This document shows positions 28,701 to 40,843 of a stretch of DNA of 64,000 nucleotides, one piece after another. The notes beneath the pieces are model-generated. The model was not told the DNA's origin. It was given only the letters and a program-made list of their open reading frames with translations, and made no database searches. Source of the DNA: Spongospora subterranea f. sp. subterranea (lineage: Eukaryota); assembly GCA_049724395.1 (NCBI GenBank), contig JAUGWO010000065.1, positions 1 to 64,000 of the forward strand, in the 5' to 3' direction. Position 1 is the stretch's first letter. Each line of letters begins with the position of its first letter. A program made the translations under genes and the position numbers.

Positions 28701-29030
28701 GTCGGAGTCGTCCAATCTCAACGGGAACTCCCTATAGCTCATCTCGGCCACGTCCTGACCGGCATCGATCCCCTCCCTCAGCAATCGCCCCGCGTTTGAC
28801 TGCGTTGCGATCGGCGCGCGTCTCACGCGCCGATCGCCATCCAGCTCGACGATCGCGTTCCGGATCCGTTCCGCCAACGGAATGGCCAATCGCGCCTCCT
28901 TCCCGTGCTCCTTCATGAAGGCCATCGCTTGGCTGATGGGCGTCTCGCCCTGGCGGATCGGCAACATGGCGAAACGCCCATCGTCCAGGTCGACGCGGAT
29001 CTTGAACACGATCCGGGTCGGGTCCGACAT
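25706..29030 (-). CDS. Large multi-exon protein with ~5 repeated ~55-aa beta/alpha modules, DRLY motifs and a degenerate EF-hand-like C-terminus
   Basis: ORFs 27969..29033, 27563..28261, 26050..27426 and 25706..26023 separated by short introns; repeated V.VDL..G....L.I..GD......V.EFA..Y.L....Q.RL pattern. Confidence 0.65.
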
Positions 29031-29913
29031 CACCGATCGCCGCCCGTTAACACGACACCCGTCAATGAGAACCGTTCAGCGCCTATTGGGGTACGGTCGC
29101 CCCTGGTATTATCGATCATCCGAATCCCTCGGCCGTCATCACACAGGCGCAAGAGGAGGGCGTCGGCCAGCGACACGACTGGCAATCGGTGTGTGCTGTT
29201 GACGGGGGGCGGTGCTCGTCGTCAACGACAGTATGATCGATGGGTGAACGGGAATGCGGCCACGATCGATGTTCTTTTGGTGACGCCGTGAGACGTGTCG
29301 CCGAGAACCTGTTGAATATGACCATTGGCCAACCGATGTCCTCGACCCCCCAATTCCCATCCCCCGATCGTCTGGATTGACGTGAACGCACACGTTGTGT
29401 TGACCGGTTTGTTGTTGTGAACACCTGGTCCAGGTCAAATTTCGTCAGTTGACGCCACGATGGACGTGTTTGCCGAGAATCATTTCGACCTGAACAAACG
29501 GCACCACATTACGACGAATTACCAACCGCCATGAACCACTGGAAGGTTCGTTGCACCTCCTGCCCATGATCTGGCGTGATATTCGTTCCAGGGACACGAT
29601 GAGGGACATCAACCGTCGAGAACGTGACGTCGGTTTAAACACTCAACTATTGCCAACCCACCACCAATACTCATGTCTAAACCAAAAAAACAGCTAAACG
29701 AACCGCCGTTCGGAACAGCGGTTTTCCACAGTCTGAACAAACTTTGCCAATACCAACCACCTGGCGAATACATCTCAACGTCCTTTTCCATGTTGGCAAT
29801 GTCAAACGCGATATCGATCGATCAACGATTTCGGCGCGGCCGATCAGTGATCTGTGTTTGGATGAAAAGTGCCTGTTTTTGTATTGACGCGGCGATGTGT
29901 CGTTTTCTTGGTT

Positions 29914-32136
29914 CTAAGCGGATCCGGCGGCGACGAACGACGACGGAGCCGATGGCGACAGCTCCTTCACCTGTCTCGACTGCTGCTTGGCGAACTCGAT
30001 CTGCTCCTTGGCGATCTGGTCGCGAATATCGCCGGGGATATCGGGGATCATGAAGTCGATCAGGAACTTGGCGCCCAGGACGACGTGCTCGACGGCGATG
30101 ATGGCGCCGATCTTCACCTGCAAACTAACGTCGGCCGAGAACGCGTCGGGGTCGTGGCAGACGCGCACGAAGAGGTGGGCGGCGTTGCAAAGGATGGCGA
30201 TCACGCTGATGCACTCGAGGGCGTAGTACCAGACCCCGATACTGTTGGCGTTGGTCGGGCGCGGCTTCTGCCATCACCATGCAGATCTTGAAGCAATCGC
30301 TGCGAATCTCGGTGATGTTGTTGATGAGGGCGCACGCCGCCGCCAACGGCCAACTCCATCCGAATATGAACACCTGCGGTCAACGCACCACAATCAATAA
30401 CGGATCGTCGTCGAACGACACCAACAAATCTCACATAACCGAACTGGATCACCATCTCCGAATAGTCGTCGTCGGTGTTGGCGAACACGTCGCGGATCGA
30501 TTCGTCTTCGACGGCCGGGATGATCCGTTTCCCTTTCGGCCCGATCGAGATCGCCTCGCCGTTCAGCAGGCGTTGCCGATCGGCGGCCACCTCGCCCGTC
30601 GTCTTCTTGGACAGGACGGCGCGCACCAGCGCCTTCGCGATCGGCGTCCCGACCTCCTGGGCACGATCGGTGATCAACACGAGAACAAGGGGATCGTCGA
30701 GGGCGCCGCGTTTTTACCTGAATCTGCTGAATGCATTGCGACGTGATCAGCAGCGTCGCCAATTGCTGGCGAACACGGTCGAGGTCCTGGACCCAGAACA
30801 GGAGATAGAACAGGGACATGAAACGAGCTGATACATTTGAGCAAGATCTGGCGAATGAGAAGGGCGTTGCGGAAGGAGGTGTCGGTGCGATGGTTCTCCC
30901 AACGGGTGATGCGCTGGGCGACGCGATCGTACAGGTCGTGGAGGCGGGGAAGGAGAAGACCGAAGATGACGGAGGGGACGTGGATCAGGGCCGAACCCGA
31001 CAGGCGCCCACCGATATAGGATTGCGTCTCGAACTGGACGAACATGGCCACGGCCGTCAGCAGCAGCATCGTCACCATGATCGGGAACGACACGATGCTG
31101 ATCATCGCCCGGCGCAGCGAGTGGCCGATCTCGATCGAGGTCAGCGGGATCCGCTGGCGATAGTCCTGGAACTCGGGCCGGATCGGCTCGAAACTCTCCA
31201 GGTCCTGAACCCCGAGCTCGTACTGTAGCCGAACCGATCGCCGTTTCCACAGCTCCAGGAACACCGTCGCCAAGATCCTGAAAACAACGACAATCGTCAA
31301 CGGAAAACGGGTGTTTGGATTGTGTGGCGGCGAGCACATACGGCATGAGAGCGGCGAACCCGATCGAGAACAGGTCGTCGGCCATGGTCGACGAGAGCGC
31401 GTAGACAATGGCGCCAAGCGTGGCCGGGACCCAGAGGAATTGGGTATAGGACGATAGCCAGACGAAGCTGAAGGTGATCTCGGTGCCGAGATAGTCGGCC
31501 AGGGCGGCGATACTTGTCGGCGACGACGGCGACGACGACCAGCGCCGGAGGACGGCCTGGGCCTCGACCACGTTCGAGATGGGGAACATCTGCCGGATGA
31601 TCCCGTCGTGTAGCGCCAGGTCGATGACGGCCGCGGCGGCCCCGTCCCGGATCGACCGCATCGCGTGTAGCGCCAGGCGCTGCTGCTCGAACCGGCTAAA
31701 CGAGCGCCGGTCGCCGTCGACGAAGCCGACGAACCGCCGCCCGCACGACCCGTCGAACGGGACCAGGCGCCCCGTTCGCCGCACCCGCTTCTTCAGGTTG
31801 ACCTCTTCGGCGTAGCGGACCAGCAACGGGAACGGGACCTGGATGGCGTAGACCGAGACCAGCTCCGAGTCGCCCTCGTTCCAGAACGACGAGTCGATCT
31901 CCTCGACGTGGAGACCCAGTTGGGCGAATCTGTTCGGGGATGCGGCGGCGTCGCCGGCGCTTGTCCTTGGCGTCGTCATCGTTGTCGTCGATCGGGCCCA
32001 GGACGATCACGTAGTCGATGGAGTCGACCCCGTCGGGCGCCTTCCCCAGGAAAGCGGTCTCGAGCGCCAGGAGAAGGCGGTCGAAGAAGATGGCGCAGCC
32101 GATCAGGGCGAAAATCGTTCGGATTCCGTTCTTCAT
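29914..32136 (-). CDS. Anoctamin/TMEM16 (ANO10-like), multi-exon, with three apparent +1 frameshifts
   Basis: DYVIV; LLVRYAEEVNLKK; FSRFEQQRL; ADYLGTEITFSFVWL; TVFLELWKRR; RITRWENHRTDTSF; DDYSEMVIQFGY; PLAAACALINNITEIRSDCFKIC; SIGVW; EHVVLGAKFLIDFMIPDIP. Confidence 0.9.
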
Positions 32137-32310
32137 TCTGATCGAGATCAGGTGTGATCGACGACCCGACGGGCCGAACAGCGAACCGGAGATTCAATGA
32201 TCATCCCACACCGGACGACCATGACTCATCCGCTGGCCAAATCCGGTGGCGAAAAAACCGGAGTTGACGGGCACGAACACATCACGCTTATGATAATGGC
32301 TGTTGCAAAT

Positions 32311-33740
32311 TTATTGATTGTGATGCGATGACGACTGATGTTGGCGCTGTTGTGAGCCGACGAATCCAGAATCGATCAGAATCTTTTGGGCGAATGTCAA
32401 GACGGGTGAGGACGGCGGACCCCTTCCTCGCATATCGACATATCTCGTCGACGCCGACGGGTCCTGAACGGGGGGATCATCAGCTCGTGTCGATTACGGG
32501 CGGACGCCGATAAAAACCACGACAACGCAAACGACGACGTACCGCTTTCCGTTTACAAGCGGCGCAAACGCATATTCCAAGACAGGATGGGCATTCCCAG
32601 TCGTTCAGAGATTTATCCTCTCGTAGGATCAACTGATATCGAAACTTGACCAGACAGTGGTCGCAGAACTTTTTCCTGCAGACCTGAAGGGCAATCGCGT
32701 TGGGATTCACGTCGACGTCGCGGTGGGAAAACCGAACGCACCTTCTTCTTGGGACTGGTGGTCGATCGTATCCTGTTCATGCAGAAGTTGAGCTGGTTGG
32801 CCTCGCGGCGGTTCTTGCACTGATGGCAGCTGCTGCCGCCGGCGCCCACCGGGACCTTGGTCTTGGGCGTCATCCGTTGTGTGAACAGCGATCCATCGGC
32901 CTGGACTGGGGCGGCGTTGTCATGGCCCGTCGCCTAGACAATCACCATTCGAGTTTCAACCAAAAAGCGACGATTGTGTGTCCAATGGTTTCCTGACAGA
33001 TAACGCGGGATCGCCCCCTGATCCATCGACATTATAATGATCGAGACTGGATTGATTATCGGTATTTGCCCATAGGCGTGTTGGAGATGGTGGCGCCAGA
33101 TGAACGGCCTGATCGTAGCGCCGTCGTTTCTTGCTTAGCGCCTGCAAGTTGGCCATTTGCAGGTCGATATCTGTTTTTGGGGAACACGATTGATCGTGGA
33201 CGAGAGAAACAAACAGCGATCGACGACGAACCTGCTGGATTACTGTGCTCTTGAACATATCGCTGATATCGCCCTAATACGCTGACGTCCTGATGGGATG
33301 CGATTGTGAACGATGATTCCAGTTGGGCGTCGTCAACGGATCCCTGGCCGTATTCGCCCGAGGCCACACGGGACGCCTGGAAGAACGCCGACGGGGAGAA
33401 GATCGAGGTCAGCGACTGGCCCGTCGGTCGCGAGAGCGCGTCGAGCCGGGGCGATCGCCGGATCGAGGCCTGTTTGGGCGGATTGAGGTGGCGGGGAATG
33501 TGTGGCGGTACTGCGGCCGTCGATGGGGCAACGGCGCTGAACAACGGGGAGAAGTTGATGTAGGACGGCGACGGTTCCGGGGCGTGATTCGGTGTCGACA
33601 TCGAGAACCCGACAACGGGCGATGGGATTACCGGCTGCAAAAAATCGCACGAAAAACCCCCATCAGTTTTGGATCAATATCGACACGACATAAATAAATC
33701 CAAACAACGGAGTCGCGAGCGGATCTTTTGAGAACGTCAT
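32311..33740 (-). CDS. zf-4CXXC_R1 (CDCA7/JMJ-type) zinc-finger protein with a low-complexity S/P-rich N-terminus
   Basis: SSCHQCK..C....CRKKFCDHCLVK....WECPSCLGICVCAACKRK across spliced exons; start codon uncertain. Confidence 0.8.
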
Positions 33741-33945
33741 CGCCAAACATTCCAAATCGCAAATAACATTTTTGGAATCAACGCGTGTGCGAACGATAGG
33801 TGTCTGACCGACCTTATCTGGGCTATTAATTGCATTACTGGGCGGTAACATTGATGGCGCTCCCCCTTGACCCCACCTTGGGCCCTTGACCTACGGTCCA
33901 GGTCGCGGATAGAGCCGGGCTTTGCGGTCTGCGCTACACACACGA

Positions 33946-33964
33946 TACACACACACACACACAC
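33946..33964. repeat. (AC)n microsatellite at the right edge of the GC-rich island
   Basis: Direct read. Confidence 0.9.
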
Positions 33965-34316
33965 GTCTGGCGATACCCGCCCTCTCTTCCACACTGTCGC
34001 TTCACGTCCAGTAAATCGTGTGTGCTGAGTACGGGGCTGACAATCAGGCCTCTGCCTTGTGAACAACGATCTCGGCGGGATTTACCACAGGTTCCTTCAC
34101 CGTGGTTAGCGGTTTATGTGAATTACGATATTGCAAATGTCGCGTGTGCCTCGCCTGGATATTTTTGTCTTGGTAATTCTTCATAATTTCGCTGATCATA
34201 TATTGTCCAAAGGAGCAGAAAATACAGTTTACCTTTAATAAAGCCAGAACGTGTTCTATCAAAAGTCACTTTAATTTTCATTAAAGGTTTCAACAGTTTA
34301 TATGATAACTGAAACA

Positions 34317-36767
34317 TTAATCGACCGTAACTGCTTTGGCCAAGTTCTTCGGTTTATCTGGGTCAATTCCTCGAGCAACAGCAAGTTCGTATGCAAGGAG
34401 CTGAAGAGGCACGACACCGAGCAATGCGGTTAGAGGCCCGTTGGAAGGAATGAAAATGGCATCGTCAGCGATATCTGCAGCGAGAGAAGGATTATCGGTG
34501 ACAATAATCGTGTGGGCCCCTCTGGCGCGGACCTAGATTACTCAGTTGTTACGCCCCCTGTTTTAACTGATGCATGCAGAACAGTTTACCTCTTCTGCAG
34601 CAGTTCTCATGAAATTGGCGTTTTGATCGTCAAGAATTAGCATTATAATTGGGGTTCCTTGTTCAATCAGCGCAAATGGGCCGTGCTTCAAGGCGCCACC
34701 AGAATACCCCTGAAAGAAAATCAGTTATGAAGATGGACGTGTGTTTTCAATGATGACTTCGGCGTGTATGTACGTTATTTCTTTGATCTTTAGTGCCCCC
34801 TCTTGAGCGATCGGTTCGGCAAAGCCTCGGCCGAGAACAAATATATGCTCAGCTGCCTGAAGATAACATTTAACCTTATATTGCCCAAACAAAAATGCGA
34901 GACACCTTGATTTTTTGGGCAATTGCTTGAATGTTATCACGTCCATGGAGCGTCATACCCACATATGTTGGTAATCGATGAATGGCGTTCGCTAATTCTC
35001 GCCGCCGTGCATCTGCCTGAGGGCGATCGGAAGTTTCCCGGTTTTGTGCAAACCAGCCAGCGATCAATGCCAACACAGTTACCTACTCAAGCAGTTTGCG
35101 TAAATATTCTTCTATCGTGAATAAAAAACAACATACTTGCGTGACAAACGCTTTGGTGGAGGCGACAGCGTGCTCACGGCCAGCGTTCACATACACACCT
35201 GGATCGTGGGTCACTAAACACTAATCGATGACCATTAAATGTTAACAAACCGCATCTGGTCGTTCTTGCAATCAGGGATCCAACGGAGTTGATGACAGAA
35301 AACCGCGGAATGTCTTGTTCTTCAGCGAGTTTGACAGCTCGGTGAACATCTTTGGTTTCTCCTGACTGAGAAATCACTAAGAGACCAGCTTCACTATGCG
35401 GGTGCGGTAAATAGGGAAGAATTAATTCCGCTGCATCGACGGTCTGGACAGTGTCGAATGCACTAACATAGCGCATCAAAGCGGCACCATATTGTCCAGC
35501 GAAAAAACTTAGAAATAAAATGAGAAGCTATGATGTAAGCATTACGTTATTCCGACCTGGTTCCACACGCAGAAATCGTCAGATGCTTGATGTTCATCAA
35601 CATTTTATGGTTGGATTCCAGACCACCTTAGGACAATTTTGTTTAAAAACGCACGAACCACCATAAGGTGTGCATACCAAGTCGGACTCTTGATCCAGAC
35701 CATAATCGTCCACCATAGTTCAACGCTCTGGCAACGGCTTCAGGCTGTTCCATGATTTCTGTAGGGAAAACTTAACCCAAAGCCAGAATAGTAACAGAAT
35801 TTCACTACCGCGAATAGTCCAATGAGGAAAAGGTTCTGGAGAGAGAAGAATGTCCTCCTTGTGTGAGGTTTCCATGCGCGATTTGTCAAGGCCGACATCA
35901 GTCGGCGTCACAACAGCAATTTCACCATCATTTAATGAAATGTAATCGTTAGTATACCTGCCAAACGCTGACATAGTGTAAGCGATTGAAAGATTTGATA
36001 TAGACTTATTACCAGTATGTTCGCTAGCAACAAACATTTGATCTTTGCCGATTCCAATGACAAGTGGCGACCCATTGCGGGCGGCAATCAGCTGACCTGG
36101 ATGCTCTTTGGACATAATTGCCAACCCGTACGTTCCTTGTAGACGATTCAGCGTGGTTTTTATAGCATCCATAAGTGGCAGCCCATCATCAAGGTAAGAT
36201 CCGATAAGTTTTGCGATGACTTCTGTGTCCGTTTGCCCATCAAATTCCATCCCCTTTGCAAGAAGCTCATCTTTGAGCTGGTTGGAATTTTCAATTGTGC
36301 CGTTGTGAACGAGCGCAATTCTTTTTCTTGCAATCTGAATGGGGATGTGCATTTTCATCTGTTTTCCCACCGTGTGTGGCCCATCGTGTATGAGCTACTC
36401 CAACATGATGGTCTTTGTGGCGAACAGGGGTATTTTGCTTCAGAATTTCAATAGAGTCAGATGTTGAGCCTTTTGAGGCAAACTTGGTAGTTATTATCTC
36501 CGGCTCCGCATTTGTAGTCAGCGTCGCAACACCACATGAATCGTATCCTCGGTTTTGTAAAATCGTTAGCCCTTCCACCAGGAATTTCAATGCACTGTCG
36601 TTTCCGACATAAGCAACGATGCCGCAAGCGTCAACACTTTCTCTAGGCCAAAGTACGGAGCCAGATACTGCTCCGATAGCTGCCAACGCCAAATACCGGA
36701 CCTTCTCGGACCCCCATGATTGCGTATGACCGCTGGAGGGCACCAAGCGAGTGCAGCGTCGCCACAT
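34317..36767 (-). CDS. GFA1: Glutamine-fructose-6-phosphate aminotransferase (isomerizing) with an N-terminal extension
   Basis: [82 protein letters not shown]. One extra A in an A-run near 36322. Confidence 0.95.
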
Positions 36768-37206
36768 CTAATGAGTGCAACAATGGCAAATTCTGCAGTC
36801 GATTACTGTTCCAAACAAAGTACTCGAAGAATATCCAAATTAGGATCAAGATATGTGAGATAAAGAGCGCGAGTTGATTTTACACACTTATGTCGTCCAA
36901 CAGAGAGGGGCCGCGTCCCGAATATCATGTTACGATGACAGGACAGTGGGTGGATCTCGCTGCCATCCGTGGTGTGTGGATACACAAATGTATGGCCGCA
37001 CTCAGACTGTTCGGGTAACATTTCCACCCCGGTTGGCGACGACACCAGACTCGCCCATTTTGGCATTTTTGGACCGTTGTTTGAACTCTGGCGATCGATT
37101 CTCTTGGCAAAGTACTTTTTGGACTGGCGCGTGCCTAAAGATTTGAGACTGTTCTGCATTTGTCAGGGTCTCTGTCGCTAGGACGGCAGCGACGACCAGG
37201 CAACAG

Positions 37207-37641
37207 ATGAACCGTCGACATCATCAGAACCGAAGACAGGGCCAGCAATCGAGGCCAAATCAGTTGATCGGGGCCAATGTGGCCATAGTTTTGAAGAAGG
37301 ATCAACCTACTGGTCGCTTAACCATGGGCACTGTGTCCGAAATTTTAACTCGATCTGCATCCCATCCTCGTGGAATCAAAGTCAGGCTCACTAGCGGTGC
37401 CGTAGGTCGCATACAGAAAATAACGTCTTCCAGCGTGAACTTGGGCAATCAGAGTGAAAATATCTCCAACCAAGAGTGCCACCCCACCCCATCCACTTAC
37501 TCGACCGCCACATGTTTATCAGATTGGATGCCACAGGCATTATCAACTGAAACAGACGCGCCATCATGGAGCTGCTCACGATGCACATTCCTCAATGCTG
37601 GGTTGCTACACAGGTGCGAGATGTGCGATGCAATGAGATAA
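37207..37641 (+). CDS. YwbE/DUF2196-family protein fused to a RanBP2-type zinc finger
   Basis: VAIVLKKDQPTGRLTMGTVSEILTRSASHPRGIKVRLTSGAVGRIQ followed by WSCSRCTFLN....CEMC. Confidence 0.85.
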   Translation: MNRRHHQNRRQGQQSRPNQLIGANVAIVLKKDQPTGRLTMGTVSEILTRSASHPRGIKVRLTSGAVGRIQKITSSSVNLGNQSENISNQECHPTPSTYSTATCLSDWMPQALSTETDAPSWSCSRCTFLNAGLLHRCEMCDAMR

Positions 37642-37723
37642 CAGGCATCGGGAACGTGGTATATGGACGTTCTATTATAGTTATAGGAGAATCGATGCAG
37701 AGTGTCAAGTTGAAGAACACCGA

Positions 37724-38225
37724 TCAACGTCTGAGAAACTTGGGAGCGAACCGCGCTGCATATGGAGTTATGAGCAGTGTAAGGGGTACGCGCAAGGGCA
37801 TTGTCGCTTTGTGCAATACGTATGCCAACGCGAATGATCCGCCAGTTGCAACTGCAGAGGTTTGGAGGTTGAAGCGCTCCATTACAGGAGTCAAGTCTAC
37901 CCCATAAGCGACCGCACCACACCTACACAAACAGAAGTCGTGCTATCAGAGATTTACTATTTTCAAAAACAAACTGTAGATTATAATGTATCAACCACAG
38001 CATACAGATATCGTCAACTATACCACAAGGATAAAGAACCCAACGATAATCCAATATGAGTGACCGCAGCAATTGGGCCGTATAGAACCACGTTTTGCCT
38101 GAGCCGGGATGCAGCTGACATGTTTCCAATCGTTGGCGAATGCTGAACGACGAGTTGTCGCTGGCTGTTGTTGCAATCTTCCGGCAACGAACCCACTGAG
38201 ATGAAGTGTTGTTACGTTCGAGCAA
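37724..38225 (-). CDS. FAM210/DUF1279-family membrane protein
   Basis: YGPIAAVTHIGLSLGSLSLWY..AVAYGVDL..GSFALAYVLHKATMPLRVPLTLLITP; 5' end uncertain. Confidence 0.8.
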
Positions 38226-38479
38226 CTGTATCTAATGACACAGGGCAGGGCCGAATCAACACTTGATCTGAAACGAAACACGGCACAGGTCGGTAGGAGG
38301 TCCCGCACGACTGCAAGAGGTCCCTCTTTCATCAGGATATCAGGGAGCTCTTTCCCGTTCATTTCCCCAATCATAGTCATCTCTCGCCCCGTCGAAGTCA
38401 GTTCTGTTCTGGCGGTGTGACGACGGGCGATTTCATTAAACCAATTGGGTGTGTGCAGATAGCTGTGTTTGGAATCTAC

Positions 38480-40160
38480 TAGGATTTTTCACGGCGGGTT
38501 TAGCTCCTTCGAAGTTTTATGTCCCTGAATGTAGCTGTTGAACAGCAGCCATCATTTTCTGGAGAGTTATGGGCTAATTTTGCATCCGTTGTCCACAATT
38601 GCGAAAATGTATTTCATTTTCTATTGTTTCCAGTTTGACAAAACATGATTGCTCTTTCCTTTAGGGATACAAATCATTGAAGGAATTTGTGGCTTTTTTA
38701 AAAGAACGGATTCGCATCGAACGCCTTCATTGCAAAAATCTGGCCCGGCTTTCGCGGGCGACGATCGGAAAAGGAGAATTCGGGACTCTGGCAGCGGCTA
38801 TGGATCGTCTGCGAGTAGATGCCACTCAAGGTATGCAGATGGCGCTTACTTGACATTTCATCAGCGCTAGTTGACGAGTTGGGGTCCTGTCAAAGGATCA
38901 AACGAGCGAATGTCTTTTGCCGCGGTTTTGGAGACAGATGTATTGCCGGAGATCTTGGAAATGAAGGCTTTGTACGAAAAGATGAACGGGAAGTTGATAC
39001 TCGAAGGTAAAAAAGTCTCAAAAGTCAGTATGTCTGCCTGGATAACTTTCTGGGAATGACATAGTAAAATAGGCGCTTTCCGATGCGCGGGAGAGAATCA
39101 ACAGCAGGGCGGATGCCGATGAATCTACCCTGTCCAAGCTTCAAGGTTTTGCGACCTTAACCTCTAAATTTAAGTCGGCGTCGCCCGTAAAAAATAGTTC
39201 CAATGGGTTTTCTGCTGACAAACTTAAGTCGGCCGAAGCACTTTATTCAGACGTAATGACTAGCGTTTTGGAAGGAATTCAATCTAATGGTATTGATGTT
39301 CATCATATCATGTTGATTGCCGTTTGATTTTCATTCGTAGAGGAAGCAAGAATTCGTTGTCTTAGAGGTGCGCTTCGCAAATGCGTCGTTTTTGAGACTT
39401 CGCTTGTTGCCAATAGGAGCTGTAGGCTAATCTTACATTCACGATATTTCCTTCATATTTACAGTTCGCAGATGACATCAAAGACATGGCTGCCGTAATG
39501 GAGGATATTGATCATTCAGAAGTTCTTAATCAGTTCATATCGTCGGTACAAACACAAGCGCAGCCAGCTCGGTCTCCTAGGCCTGCAGCTGTTTGCCTCC
39601 GCGTTCTGGAAGTGCTATCTCACACGCTATCCTCTGGAGTAGTCGATAATGAGGCGATGCTGATGACAGACATTGCGTACAAGACATTGGTGAACAGGTT
39701 TGATCGCCAGCTCGTCTTGTTTCACCAGGATAACCGTTCAATGTCGTTCATGTTTAGGCCACCGAAATATGCCTCAGTGACCACCGACGAAGATACGATA
39801 TGTCTGAACTATCTTTCCGTAATGGTCAATGACGTGGGGAAGGTGTCTTCAACCGATTTAGACGACAGGGCTTTTAGGACTATTTGCACAGCGTTTCGGT
39901 TAGTTTTTGCAACTCTATTCGATTTCGGACGCATGGAGGAATGCGAGCAATGGTTGAAAATCGCAGAAAAAATCGGGCAAATTCACGACCCCGCGGATGG
40001 AACGGAACGGGGAACTGTTATCTCTATGATAATTCAATCGCCAGAATATCTAGAAAGGGCAGCGTCTCTACAGGCATGGAAAGAGGCCAAATCTCTGGCG
40101 TTCACCCCAACTGAAGCAAACGAAAACGCGGTGATCACTGATGAGAACTGCATCGAATAA
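38480..40160 (+). CDS. F-BAR/FCH-domain protein, multi-exon
   Basis: FLKERIRIERLHCKNLARLS....EFGTLAAAMDRLRVDATQ..SFAAVLETDVL matches the FCH pattern; 3' exon contains ORF 39486..40160; start uncertain. Confidence 0.6.
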
Positions 40161-40222
40161 AACAATATTTATATGCGCTATTTGGATCTGGAATTCCACG
40201 TTGTCCTAAACTACTTGAATTT

Positions 40223-40843
40223 TTACATAACCAATCTGTATGTGACATATCGCCCAGCGGTTTCACTGGGCCGAATGATTTTCACCACTTGTCCATTCAC
40301 GAGACCGTAATATCGTGCGATGGGATCGCTGCACTGGATCCTGGGCAGCTGGGTCTCTTTCAGCTTATACTTCACCAACAGCGAGGTCTTCTCTTCCGCC
40401 TTCAGCAAGATGTGCTTGGGAACCAGCACGTGCTCGGTGATGTTGACCAACAGTTCGCTTTCGTGAAACTGCTCCATATGCAGCCTTGGCGCCAGATTCG
40501 TTAAAACCTGCTTGGCAAACGGGGTGATACCGGCTTCAACAACGATTATGGCTCGGAATATCTTCTCGGCTTCCATCATCTCAGCGTATGTTCTGATGGT
40601 TTTAACTCCCACCTTGGCCTCGTCGGCGAAGAAAACAAAGATCTGATCTGTCGGATCGTCTCGCTTTTGGCACAATAACGTCAGCTTGTTCCGCTCTGGG
40701 GTTTCGCCAAACCTCATCTTGAACTGGCCCTGAGTCATCTCCATATCGTCCTTGGCGACCAGATATGCCCTGTCGTTCAGCATCTGAGCAACCGTCCGTC
40801 TCGCCCGCCATACCCGTGACAACGATTCAGATATTCCTTCCAT
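40223..40843 (-). CDS. RPB5: DNA-directed RNA polymerases I/II/III subunit RPABC1, intronless
   Basis: RVWRARRTVAQMLNDRAY; ELLVNITEHVLVPKH; QLPRIQCSDPIARYYGL..GQVVKIIRPSETAGRYVTYR. Confidence 0.97.
   Translation of the reverse strand: MEGISESLSRVWRARRTVAQMLNDRAYLVAKDDMEMTQGQFKMRFGETPERNKLTLLCQKRDDPTDQIFVFFADEAKVGVKTIRTYAEMMEAEKIFRAIIVVEAGITPFAKQVLTNLAPRLHMEQFHESELLVNITEHVLVPKHILLKAEEKTSLLVKYKLKETQLPRIQCSDPIARYYGLVNGQVVKIIRPSETAGRYVTYRLVM

Noticed and set aside
24682..33700. Many long overlapping or antisense ORFs in the GC-rich island
   Set aside because: Expected shadow ORFs from high GC and GC3; translations are Arg/Pro/Gly-rich with no motifs.
24280..34050. Bacterial horizontal-transfer island
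   Set aside because: The genes are eukaryote-specific and most carry spliceosomal introns like those in the flanks.
30255..36330. Programmed frameshifting or pseudogenisation of anoctamin (+1 near 31938, 30821 and 30271) and GFAT (+1 near 36322)
   Set aside because: Each is one extra base in a short homopolymer within an otherwise well-conserved gene, including GFAT, which is normally essential. Sequencing error is the simplest explanation; check with short reads.
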